From Trichinella spiralis (lineage: Eukaryota): 64,000 nucleotides of DNA. The stretch is taken from assembly GCF_000181795.1 (NCBI RefSeq), contig NW_003526943.1, positions 11,770,007 through 11,834,006 on the forward strand, in the 5' to 3' direction. Position 1 is the stretch's first letter. Every line of letters starts with the position of its first letter. Positions 28,023-40,406 of the stretch are shown one piece after another. The position numbers were made by a program, and so were the translations under genes. Under the pieces are notes generated by a model. It saw nothing but the letters and a program-made list of their open reading frames with translations. It did not search any database and was not told where the DNA came from.

Positions 28023-28882
28023 TCACTTATTCCATTGGTCTGGGGTAAAAGTAGAAATAGAAAGAGCATGAATAATCGGCATTTCTTCTCGTAAAATGGT
28101 CTGGACAAGTCTTAAAAAAATTCAACATTCGAAAATGCATCTTATAAAATAATCTTATGAAAAAGTATCTTTAACTATAAAATACAACACTCTAAATTTG
28201 TAGTAAAACAAAAAAAAAGCACTTACTTATATTTTACTTAAAAACATATATTATTATGGAAAACATGCTACACAAGTGAATACTAAATTTTTACAAAGCA
28301 ATGATATTTAACATTGAACTGGTTGAATTTATAGGAAAAAAAATCACTTGCCGATGGCAATCCAATATTGACTTATCTTTGAACGTTTCAGAAACAATCA
28401 ATAAGTTGTACTTAAGGCCACATCCATCAGATACATCATTCACAACCTTAAAACAAGCATCACTTCATTACAGACTCAATACAATGACAAACAATAATAT
28501 TTCACGTATAAACAAACATATGCACATATTTCAAGAAAAATTTATCAAAAAGAGCTTACGATAAAAATTAAAAATACACAATGCTGCACCTATTTCATGT
28601 TTGGCAATTCACAACGTTAGAAATACAAGACCCCCAACGCCAGCTAAATTTCCAAACCCTTAATTTGTGCACAACGCTCCAGGACTCTACCATTTGTAGA
28701 CTCCACTTGATAGTGCACTTAAAAAATGCATTTTGTCTATGGTGTAATCATTTCAAAAAAATTATATTACACAGACGAAAATTAGAGTAATAACATATCA
28801 TAATCGAAAATATCATTCTCATTACCATATGTATAGGTTGCAACGCAGAATTGAGTTTGTCTTCGATAATCTTTTTGTCCAT
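28023..28882 (-). CDS. BOLA2: BolA-like protein 2, 3 exons (28882-28826, 28446-28352, 28110-28023)
   Basis: Spliced: MDKKIIEDKLNSALQPIHM|VVNDVSDGCGLKYNLLIVSETFKDKSILDCHR|LVQTILREEMPIIHALSISTFTPDQWNK*. Matches BolA motifs (VS.F.K...HRLV, IHAL, TPDQW). The second intron is best read as GC-AG. Confidence 0.9.
28595..28718 (-). ncRNA. Candidate intronic H/ACA box snoRNA in BOLA2 intron 1
   Basis: Hairpin 1 GTGCAC..GAGTCTAC-aaatg-GTAGAGTC..GTGCAC, H box AAATTA (ANANNA), hairpin 2 TTGG..GGCGTTGGGGG-loop-TTTCTAACGTT..CCAA, then ACA plus 3 nt. About 124 nt, sense to the host. Confidence 0.72.
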
Positions 28883-29452
28883 CCCTATTTATCAAACTGA
28901 AAATTTCTAAAAATAACGTCAAACAAATAAGAAACGAATTAATTTAAAAACAGAAAAATATAATCTAAAAAATAAATAAATTGCGAAACAAAACAGCAGA
29001 TCAAAAATGTAACGATTTTTATGCAAAGTTTAATTTGACAAAAAAAACAGCCGCTGAATAATTAACAAAATATTGCCTGTACACCAATGAATAATATAGT
29101 GAAATTTTCAATTAATTTGCAACACTAACGTCGACAGTTGTGCTATAAGTAAGTTTACCCGCACAACACAATCGAACTCATTAAAAATTAAAAATTTATA
29201 ATTCAACTTTGGCATTTTTAATGATACAAAAAGTGAAACTTAAACATAACTGCAATCCACTTATTCTTACAGGTGTTCCGAGGTAGCGACCCGCAAGCAG
29301 TGAAAAAATGACAAAGAACAGAACAGAAAATTCAAGCAAACACATCTCGCCAGAAATGTTTGCCAAAATTTTCAAATACTGAAAAACGACAACAATATTT
29401 AAAATCATACATAAAAACAGCGGCATGCATGCAGCTCATTCTATAATTAACA

Positions 29453-31452
29453 CTACTCTTCTCGAGGCTTTGCCTCTCCAAATATTTTCGCTCTTTGTGG
29501 ATTATCCGCCATGGGTGAACGCAAAATTGCACCCAAAGAAGTTAATGCATCACTTCTCACCCGTGGTCGCAACTCTGGGTTCACTAAATAAACGCATTTA
29601 CAGATATGAAGTGTAAAATTATTGTTAAACAGTGAAATCCAATTACTTCATTAAAACATTACTAGACACTAAAAAATCTTTTATTTTCATTATACACACG
29701 AATTGAATTTATGCCTAATTTTCTGATCTCAAAACAAACAAACAAACTAAATTAATTAGAAATATGCTTTCTTTCAATTTGTTCCATTACAAAATTATTA
29801 TAACAATAAAAATACATTAAAGTTCTTAATATTTACCAGTTCCAGAAGGGCGAGAATCATTTCCGCCACCGTATTCACGATCTCCACCGAAACGACCGTT
29901 ATTCCAGCGCTGGTAGTTGTAACCTTGATTTTAAAAACATATTTACAATCAGATTTTTGCTAGATTTAAAATATCATATCAAAAAAACGTAAAAATGAAA
30001 ATGATAAAAAAAATTAAAGACACACGCACCATTGCTATCATTAAAACGGTTTCGCCCAAATCCTTCATTTCTACCACTATTTTCATATCTGAAATATCCC
30101 AAAAGTTATATGCGGTTATTGTTCATAACTGAATCGCACCGTCCCGGGTGTCGCTGCGGTTGGCGAACACCGGCACCTCTCGAATTTTTACGATCTTCCG
30201 CAATGTCAATGCGCAACCGTCGTTGCATAAACATCTACAACACAACAATTTTAATACGATATTTTACTTTCTATAGAAATACACATACGCCTCCATCTAA
30301 CTTTAGAGCCATTTCCAATGACTCCGCATTACCAAATTCAACGTAAGCAAAGCCTTTAAACTGATCGGTATCCCGATCGTAGACCAAACGAGAACTTGTC
30401 ACCTAAAAAAATTAAATATGACAACAAACGATAAAAAAAACCTTAAAAATGATAATGAAATTCAAGATTTTATAAAAAAAAATAAAGATATTATGAATAA
30501 AAATTAACAAATCACAGCCAGCTGATAACAATAATACTTGATTTTCAAATTACTGTAATAAAAATAAGAAGAATATGATCACCTGCAAATTTCGAAATAT
30601 TTCTTCCAAATCACTTTGAAGAGTGGAATCCGGCAGATTCCCAACAAACGCGGTATACGGAGGTTCAGTTGGAAAAGGGCGTTGAGACTGCCCACCGTAT
30701 CTTAAAATTAAATTTACGTAGCAATATAGATATTGTAATATAATAAAACAGCAAATTCAATTTCACCTGATTAAATAAAAAATACAGCTATTTATTGAAT
30801 CAAAACGAACAAAAATGCAAACAAAAATTATCGAGAGCAAAATAATTTTTTTTAATATCAAAAACTTACATTACTACACATTAATAGACTACACAATTCT
30901 AACCAACAGAACTGATAAAAAGATTATACTAAATTAAAATTTAATTCAAAAGATTTATGTCATAAAATGGAAATTAAAATAGGAAAACATCTGATTAGTT
31001 ACTAAATTGAAAAACGACACTGCTGATTAATTTTTCGGAATTTCAATGCATCAAAAAATTTTCATACTAAATTAAATATAAGGTTATGTAAAAATGATTA
31101 AGATAAAACAAAAAATGAGGAAGCATAACAAAATTTACCGTGGTTGTTTCCGATTTGAAAAATGTAAAATATTATGGAGAATGATGGGAAAATATGAAAA
31201 TAACTTATAAAAAAGAAAAAGAATAACTAGTGTTATTCGTCAGAATTTATCATAAGACAAAAAAGGAAATAAAGGGAAAAGCTATTTACTTAACCAAACT
31301 ATAATACACCATGCTTCACAATACTAAACACAATTATTCCATATTGCCATATTAAAAACAATTAACAAAAACGAAATACAATTAAATTAATAATATAAAG
31401 TAATAAAGATTTTCAATTAGTCTACAATTAGTCTGACTTACCGTCCAGCCAT
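29453..31452 (-). CDS. EIF4H: Eukaryotic translation initiation factor 4H (RRM), about 7 exons
   Basis: MAGR|YGGQSQRPFPTEPPYTAFVGNLP...|VTSSRLVYDRDTDQFKGFAYVEF...|RLRIDIAED...|...AKIFGEAKPREE*. PTEPPYTA and IFGxAxPREE are eIF4H/eIF4B hallmarks; the short length favours eIF4H. Confidence 0.88.
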
Positions 31453-32276
31453 AACAACAAAAGAAATGCGCTAAACAACAAGCAAAACGAACAATAAAGA
31501 CATAAGTAATAAAATAATAAGCAGGAACAAATTTGTAAAAGTACAGTATACTTAAATTTTTATAAATATAATTTTATGCATTGATAATTAAGTTTTATTG
31601 GTAAAATTAAATTTAATATTTATAAATTTTGAATTTTTATGAAATGCTTTACAATATAAGGAAAGCAGTTTGAACTTTGGAAAACGTTAAATATTACAAA
31701 ATACTGAGCTTTATGCTTTAAATGAAAGTAATTATATTTTTTGTAGATTAAAAGGCTTAAATTCAATATACCATTAAAAAAGCTATATATTTATCAAATA
31801 ATTATTCTGTGTTATTTCTTATATTACATCAAATTTTATAATAATAAAATATTGAAATTCATAATTTCATTCCTTCTACACAATTACTCTGTCATACTAA
31901 TAACTTTAAAAAAAAGGTTTGTTATTGTGTTGGTAACTGATGCAAATTGTATCTGAATTTAATAAAATTACCGTAAGATGTGTTACAGTATGTTTGGACC
32001 GATATTTTAGACAAAAAAACACGTAAGAAATGTTTTTTAGTGTATATTGCAATTGAAATATTGACGTAATTTTATTTGTATACAATTTTAGATATACTTA
32101 TAATTGTTAAGAGGGTATTCATAATTTTCTGAATTTCTGCATCTTTAAGAATTTGTTATGTATGGCGATATAATTGTGGAAGATTTTAATATGAATTGTT
32201 AATATAGTGATGTTTAAGTTGCATTACGCATGTTCTAACCGTGTGCAGTTTTAGATATTTTTCTGAATCGAACATA

Positions 32277-32645
32277 ATGGCTTATCAATTGTATCGTAAT
32301 ACCACGCTTGGAAGCACGCTTCAGGAAACGCTGGATGAGTTTATTCAAAGCGGGCAGATTACACAACAACTAGCATTTAAAGTACTTCAGGCTTATGACA
32401 GAACTATGAATAAGGCGCTGTCTACCAAGGTCCGTTCGAAAATACAGTTTCGTGCAGGAAAACTGTGTACTTATCGATTTTGTGATAATGTGTGGACGTT
32501 TGTTATGGAGCAAATTGAATTTCGTGATTCGCATGAAGTAATGTTTGCAGAAAAGGTGAAATTTGTGGCTTGTGATGGTCGTTCAAATGCGCTGTTGTCG
32601 TCAGAACCGGGATCTTCTACCAGTTTACCGTCATCTGAAACTTGA
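32277..32645 (+). CDS. GTF2A2: Transcription initiation factor IIA gamma subunit, intronless CDS
   Basis: [12 protein letters not shown]...[13 protein letters not shown]...KVKFVACDG, the TFIIA-gamma signature. Confidence 0.96.
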
Positions 32646-33789
32646 TATATTTCTCACATATTTTGATTCATCTTGTGACTGCAAATGTGTTTTTTTATGA
32701 TCTAAATGTTCTGATATTGTAAATAAATTCTGGTAAACGGACATAATGTTGAACATTTGAAATAAACTTTCAGTTATCAGTTTATTTCGAATAATTCTAA
32801 TAGCAGTAATTAAGTCATTTTGCTAGTACTATTATATCAGTTTACATTAATAGTAAAATAAAATTACTGTATGTTAATTAGTTTCACTTTTATTCGCAAT
32901 GCATCATTAAGTGAAAAATGACTAAGGTTATCATTCATTGATTTAATCCTCAAATTGTTGGCATAACTATTGAACTGAATTGATTATCAGAAAGAAAACC
33001 TTCTGAAACCAATTTGTTCAACAACATAAACTGTATTTTATAATTATTCATTCAAATAGATTCAGTTTATTATTATATCATATGAAAAAATGTAAATCAT
33101 AAGATTAAATGTGTATGAGTGACCACAATACATGGTCTGTAAGCAATTCTAGTTCCAGTTTACAATATTAACATCAATTAACCTTTAAATACATTTATGC
33201 GATTTCAATAAAATCTGCTCTAAAATTTCTAAATATTATGATTTTTTGATAGGATGTTTATTTTTCAAGAAATGTTGTTATTTGCCTTGATTTATATAAT
33301 ATATATATTATATTGCTTTTAGTTGATTTCTTGCTAGTATTTGTGTGTTTTTCATTTTCTTCATTCAGCTAAAAATGGAAAAAGTTGCATTTTGAAACAT
33401 AAATAAAAACGTGGTTTTTAAAAGTAGATCTTGACTTTTTCAATGACTGTCGCTACCGTATGAAACATGCTGTAGCTTTGTGTTGCATTTTTTGTTTTGG
33501 TAAAAGTGAGTTTAGTTTAGTTTTACTCCAAGTCATTATTAATTTTATATTAAATAATTTAGCTGTATTGAGAACTTTTAATTTTTTTTGTTTCTTTATA
33601 ATTTTCTATTATCAGTTTTGCAGGAAATTTGAAATTTAATTTTAAACATTTATTCATTTCAGTATTTTATATAACTACCATGCTATTTTTATTCAATATT
33701 GAACATATTTTTTAAGCTTGTATATTTAGATATTTCTATTGTACAGTTTGAAATAAAGTTTCTGGTGATACCATTTTTAGATTGACAAA

Positions 33790-34544
33790 ATGAGTGGATT
33801 TGTTGATCAGTCTGGTTGGTATGGTGCAGGTGGTGAATGGAGTGGTTACGAGATGCCTTCAGATGCTCAGAAAGATTATTCCCATAAAAATTATTTATAT
33901 TCAAACAAGTTGAATAGTGGTAATTATTATGGAACAAACTTTGCGTATGATCAGTTGAATGAAATGGAGCAGAACAATTATTTGGACGAACCGCCTTTAC
34001 TTGAAGAATTGGGAATAAATTTTCATCACATCTGGCAAAAAACGATGTCAGTTTTAAATCCATTCAAAGAAGCCGAACCAGCTGTAATAAATGACTGCGA
34101 TTTGGCTGGTCCCGTTGTATTTGCTCTTTTATTTGGTTCGGCTTTACTGTTTCATGGAAAAGTGCAGTTTGGTTACATTTATGGTGTTGGAGTGGTCGGC
34201 TGCCTAGGAATGTTTACCCTTTTGAACTTGATGACTCCTTATGGAATTAGTTTAATATCTACAGTCAGCATTGTGGGTTACTGTTTATTGCCAATGGTAC
34301 TTCTTTCTACAGTAGCTGCCATTTTTTCTTTCAAGTAATTTTTTAAAATTGTTTTTAAGTGTTTCAAATTCATTTTTTAAGGGATACAGTTGGCTTGGCA
34401 ATTTCTGCTTTCGCCGTTCTTTGGTGTAGTGCATCTGCTTCAAAGCTGTTTGTTACCGCACTTGTAATGAACAATCAGTGGATGCTTGTTGCATATCCAT
34501 GTTTTTTGCTATATGGTGTATTTGCTTTATTAGCAGTATTTTGA
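33790..34544 (+). CDS. YIPF5: Yip1-domain protein YIPF5/YIP1A, 2 exons
   Basis: [68 protein letters not shown]. Confidence 0.93.
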
Positions 34545-35136
34545 CGTGTTCAGTATATTAAATACTCTTGAATTAATCAATACAGTATGAAATATTTCTT
34601 ACGTTTTTCTGCTGTATCTACAAAATTTCTGTTGCAACAATTTTTTTCCAACAAAATCAGCATATTTATGTTTTAAATATTTTGACGGTGATCACATTTT
34701 GTCAATTTCTGCTACAATTTGAATTTGAAATACAATTTGCTGCTGAATATTAATAAATTAAGTTGAGATAGGGATAAAATTTATAAAGGCATAGTGTAAA
34801 AATCTGCTATTGTTTATTATGGCGTTGTTATTGAAAATTTTATTTGTAATAAATGCAAATTTCTGAAAAAATATTTTCAATTAAGAAATGGACGTTTAAT
34901 TATTTATTTTGTAAAGCATGGTAAGTGGTGTTGAACTGGTCATTTGATTTTGAAAATTGAAAGAATTTTATTCTTAATATTGTTTTGATATACGGAGTTT
35001 CATCGACGTAAAGGAATAACACAATTTTTTAATAAAATGAAAATATTGTGAAATAATATTTATCAGTGTCATTGAAATTTGAAAATATTTAATTTTCTGA
35101 TTAAATTTTAGAACTGTTGCATTTGGAAGTGAATTA

Positions 35137-35683
35137 TCAAAGACATTCATCACACTTTTTTCCTAAAACAAAATTGTTAATTAAATTTTGAAAATATTGT
35201 AAAATTTACCTTTTTTGATTATAGTTTCTGTAAATTTATAATAAAAACTGTCCGAAGATTTCTTCTGCAAATTATTGAAAAGATTTTTTAATTCATAATC
35301 GGTCATTGTCGATTGAAGGTACATGTTTACACCAATTGTATTATTCGCTCTTCTTCTGAAAAGTGAAATAAAAATTGAATTAAAAAAAATATATATAATC
35401 ATATAGCATACCGATAGCATTTTATGTTGGAAGATTGATACTTGTGGCAGAATAATGGCAAACGTACGTTCATCTCCATTATAGCGGTAAGTATCTGAAT
35501 ATATCAGAAAAAAAATTTCATTTCAGAATAATAATTTAAAAAGTTTTCCTACGTCAAACTGAATAGCTTTGTTGAAACCCTGTCGTATTGGATGGTCACT
35601 TTTATCATCGTCCAACAATTTTGACTTGTACTTTATGTTGCTTATTGTTGTTTGTATGCAGTGAAAATTGCCATTTTGAAAAT
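35137..35683 (-). CDS. Uncharacterised SEA-domain-like protein, copy A (5' end unresolved)
   Basis: In-phase exons 35683-35553, 35494-35412, 35355-35210, 35162-35137 give FHCIQTTISNIKYKSKLLDDDKSDHPIRQGFNKAIQFD|ILTAIMEMNVRLPLFCHKYQSSNIKCYR|RRANNTIGVNMYLQS...FTETIIKKG|KKCDECL*. Homologous to copy B. Confidence 0.65.
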
Positions 35684-37086
35684 CTGTAGTACATTGCAGT
35701 GCTTTTCATAGTAAATATATTAATTAAATTATACTTTTGTATTAAGTTTTTATTTGAATTTAATATTATTTCAAGTAATGCGATTAAACATTCAAAAACA
35801 TAGCTATAAATCAGAATAAAAACTTATTGATTTATATTTATGCATTGAATTTATATTGATTTAAATGAATGTAACACTTTTATTAAAGACTAAGAACAGA
35901 GAAATTCTTAAAATCGAAATGAATATTTTTCGTTTCGGTATTCAGGTATTAATATTCATTTTAAATGATTTCTCATCACTTACTTTTATTTTATTGCTTT
36001 CCTACAGTATACTTTATTAAATTAAATTAAATTATTATTTTGTTGAATTTCAATTTTACAATTATTTTAAATGTATTATTTTGATCTCATCAAGTTTTTT
36101 GTTAAGGGTTTCAAATTTTAATAAAAGCGTTGCAATAATGACTCACTTGGATTACAAGAAAATACTTCTGATAAGAGAAACCAGCAAATGGTGCTGTATA
36201 ATGCAGAGTTCCTTTCCATAATGAATTTTCAAACTGATTAATACAGTGACAAGGTAATGTGATGCGTCATTGCAACCTGTAAGGCAGCCTATAAAAGGTA
36301 ACTTTCTAGGAAGGATTTTATTTTTATTTCTCCATCATTTTTATTATTGCCATTATGTCTTTAAACAAAGTAAACAAAATTGTGTCACAGCGTGAGTAAT
36401 ATATTAATCAGTTGTCTAATTTTTTTCATTTTTCATTCATAATCGATTTTTTGAAATATAGACTTCATTATAAAACTAATGAAATGTAATGATAAGAATA
36501 ATTTACTAGATATAATTTATTGTTGAGTTTTTAATGAATATGAATATGAATATGAGTATGATGAATAAAATAATTCGATAGAGAAAGTTATGACAAGATA
36601 ACATTTTTCTTGCGCATTTTTCAAAGTGAATACTGAAATATTTTTCATGAAAATGGAAATTAAATTTGAATGCAATATTATTATTGTAAAAATATTTATT
36701 TTATCCTACTATAAAATTTTGATTTGTGCTTATTGCAAAGCGAATGTTTGATGACGAATCATTTTACCATTGAAAGCAATAAAAAGTAAGAATGCTGAAC
36801 AAACAGAATTGTTGTGGGAAAATCAAACGCATCTGACAGCTTTTATGGACAGTGGGATGAATTTTATGATTGTACACAAACATCCTCTCGAAGTAAACAA
36901 CTTTAAACAATTATTCATTTCAAAACTCCATACTGATCAGTCCAGTGGTTGTGGTTTTTTCTGTTTTTCAAAAATTTTGCACGCAGAACATATTTTCATA
37001 TCTAAAATTTCCAACAACATCAGATGATTGAAAAAATTTTTCCACTTTTCATATTTTCACAATTTTATCACTTGTGTAATTTCCAG

Positions 37087-37373
37087 ATGATGCCTTCGTC
37101 TGTTGGTAAGAGGAAGAATTTTTAATTTTGCAATTTGGATGAAGTGAAACAGAAAAACAAAAGAAATTACAGGACCAAAAACTTCAGTGCCTGTGTTGTA
37201 TTGTTTGGTTTCGAAATTGAAAGATATTCCCTATGAAAGTGAGATAATGGATGACAATAAAAGACAAGGGATATGGCACAGTGGTTTTCGAAAAGCTGTG
37301 CAATATGATGTCAGTTTATTTTTTAAAAAAATATTTTTATTTCAGCAAAATTATTATTCCTCAAATTTATTTA

Positions 37374-37426
<53 letters not shown>

Positions 37427-37769
37427 TTATGAGAACTATGTTCGCAAGTGGTCTGTGCGATCGATATCAGTACAGTCGAGTTCGTTGCTTTCGGTAAGTT
37501 TGTGGGTAAAAACTTTTTCTACAACTTGTATTTTCATATTTTTAGTAATGAAAACAACAATGTCAAAGTTGTGATGGAACTCTCCGTATATGCGTATTTA
37601 GATGAAATGGAAAATTTCATTCAGGCATTTAGAAGCTTTCAACCTGTAACAAATTCTTACATTTTTGATGATATCGAAATACGTCAAGGTATGAATGAAA
37701 ATAAATTTGACTTTACATTTTACAATAAACTTAATTGCAGAGCCATCATCTTTGTGTGATATATGTTGA
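37087..37769 (+). CDS. Uncharacterised SEA-domain-like protein, copy B (may start upstream, near ATG 36355)
   Basis: Exons give YCLVSKLKDIPYESEIMDDNKRQGIWHSGFRKAVQYD|VMRTMFASGLCDRYQYSRVRCFR|NENNNVKVVMELSV...YIFDDIEIRQ|EPSSLCDIC*. Same intron positions and phases as copy A. Confidence 0.65.
37374..37424. repeat. (TA)n microsatellite abutting a splice acceptor
   Basis: About 25 TA units with one interruption, ending in the AG at 37424-37425. Confidence 0.95.
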
Positions 37770-37946
37770 AAAGCGTGAACATTGCAAAAAGCTAATTTGC
37801 ATATAGACTATTTAGTATATTTTTAGTATTTTTAAAATTAATGTTCGAATGTTGAATATTTTAAAATTAATAAAATAAAAATTTACTATTAATAAAAATG
37901 CCATTTTATTGTGGAAATAGAATTATATTATTTCTAAGATAGATTG

Positions 37947-38802
37947 TCATAATATAATATGTGGAGGAATTATGAAAGGAAGTTCAGTATTGATATTTGC
38001 AGCGAGCTCATCTTGAATTATATCAGTCAAATCTGTAGTTATTGAACCTCGAGGTGAAACGATGATCACAACTGGACTTTCTGGATAAACAGTTTCAACA
38101 GATGGATGAATTATCAAGCTCGAAGGTTGATAACAAATGCCCTGTATGCAGCGTTCCCCAATTCCACAAAATCCTGTCCTGAAGCACGGTTTGTTTGTCG
38201 GTTCAGCGTATACACAATGTCGAGATATGCAAAGTGAATTGAATGGACAATGGTTATGCGTTGTGCATCCTACAGAACCGAATGCATCTGAAATTAAATT
38301 TAAAATGACTAACTTTGGCATGAAAAATATATTCCAAATCCAATCATACCTACTAATTGAAAGCAGTAGCCATTTTTACAAAATCGACCACTCCTTTCAA
38401 AGAAATCATTCACTCCACATCTGCAATGCCAATTTGTACGACACTGATTTTCATTCGAAGCAACTGGTTGAGCAACAACGCAATGTCGAAGTAAGCATAC
38501 CGTATTTTCGAATAAGCAGTCACTGTGCTTAATACATCGATCTAAAAACATTAAAATAAACATATGCAATCGAAAGGCAAGGAAATTTTTTTCAAAATAT
38601 CTCATTTTTATTAAAAATTTTAAATAATTCTATTTTTCAGTTTATTAATTCGAAAATTCTCATAAATACAAATCATTTGAAAGCGACAATCACAACTGCA
38701 TTCTTTATTTTTTTTGAACAAATATGCAAAACGTTTACCTGCATTTGCAATTGAAATTAATAGGCACAGTCCAGCAGTTGCAAATGTGAAACAAGAAACC
38801 AT
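37947..38802 (-). CDS. Secreted Cys/Gly-rich two-repeat protein, family member A, 3 exons
   Basis: Signal-like MVSCFTFATAGLCLLISIANA; repeats DRCIKHSDCLFENTVCLLRHCVVAQP...CKNGYC and GCTTHNHCPFNSLCISRHCVYAEP...CGIGERCIQGIC. Confidence 0.8.
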
Positions 38803-40406
38803 TGATTTCTAAATTATATTTGCATATAAATTTTTTTGAAAAAATGATTCATATTTTACTATGGTTATTTTACAATATGTAAATTTTAAATTAATTTTAA
38901 AAAACAATGGAGAGAAGAAAACATATATTGTTGATTTTCTTCCAAAATAATTCTGCCATTATAATAAAAAAGGTATAATAATAAATTGCAAATGAATTTT
39001 TCAAAAATTATTTTCAACATGAATTATAATAATCTCTGAATAAAAATGGATAAAATAAACAAAATTTATACAAGTTACTCTTTACATTATTTAGGTAGAT
39101 TTCAAAATACAGTTTGTTAACTACATGTAATGCAGTTTATTCTGAGAATAATAATAAAATTGATAATAACAAAAAATTGTATTAATTCAGTTGAAAAATG
39201 AAAAAAAGAGTTTGCAAAAAAATTTTAGGTTATTTTCACACTGTATTTATCAATTTCTATAAAACTAGTTAGCAGAAGCGAAAATTTACATGACAAAAAT
39301 TAAATTCGCCAAAATTCATTTTTTGTGCTAAAAAAAGAAGAAAACAATTTTAATTAAATACGAAATATTCAATTAAATTTTTTTTGATAGTAGAGCTGTT
39401 TGAAATAATTCAGAAATCAAAATTTTCAACTGATCACAATTAATAAATAAATATTTTCTTTGGTAGAATATGTGGAGAATAGCATTTTGCACTTTTTTTT
39501 ACTTTTGTATGTTAAACAGGATATTTTCATTTCATTTCATTTATTTAGTAAAATGAGCTTGTTGAGACTAGAGCAGACGTGTTTTTCCAGCTTATTTCGA
39601 CTAGCCCAATTTTCCTTTCCAACTAATTGGCTGCTACTCCATACAATCCCATCTAATTCGTACTGTTTAATGCTTTTTTGTTTTGGTTAATTATTAATTT
39701 CATTTATTAGAAACAAAGAATTTTTTGTTATAATTTTTGTTTTTTTTCTATGATTATTTTTGATTATTGTTATTTTGATGAGGAAAAATGATTTTGATTT
39801 TATTCAACACGTCAGCTATTTTCCTCCAACATAGCACTGACGTAAATAATTTGCAATTTCGGTTTTTGTTTTCAAATTATCTGTAATGAAGAAAAAGTAT
39901 TGAATAATATGAGTGAATAATATTAAATAATATTAAAAATCTGTTTTCAGTTTATTAATAAATTACAAACTGAAGTTCAAACTTTTCAATTCGATTAAAC
40001 TGAACAATATTTCATGCAAATATATGATGAAATGTTGATGAAAATTGGATGTTTTTGCAATGGGGAATAATCATTTGCTGCATATTCATTTTTGCCTCGT
40101 CCATTCTTAAATAGTGTAGCTTGGATAGCTTTTCTACTATTTACAAATAGAATATATAAAATTATCAAGAAAAAACTATTGTCCAAATGATATGCTTACA
40201 TCATGTGCCAAAATGATATTTGATAAAATATAATTGACTTATTGTATTAAGGCTACCTTTGTTTAGTTGAGTTTTGCAACGTTTCAAGTTTTACATTTTT
40301 CATAACATTTATTTGAAATAATTGTATTGAGACTGTCAGTATCCCTGTTAAATATGTTATGTTATTTAAAAATTACATTTATTTAATTATATTATTTTTA
40401 AAAAAG

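Noticed and set aside
29425..30346. Plus-strand ORFs at 29425-29616 and 30032-30346
   Set aside because: Antisense to eIF4H exons.
39810..39843. Short hairpin ACGTCAGCTAT...ATAGCACTGACGT as a pre-miRNA
   Set aside because: Too short, and no supporting context.
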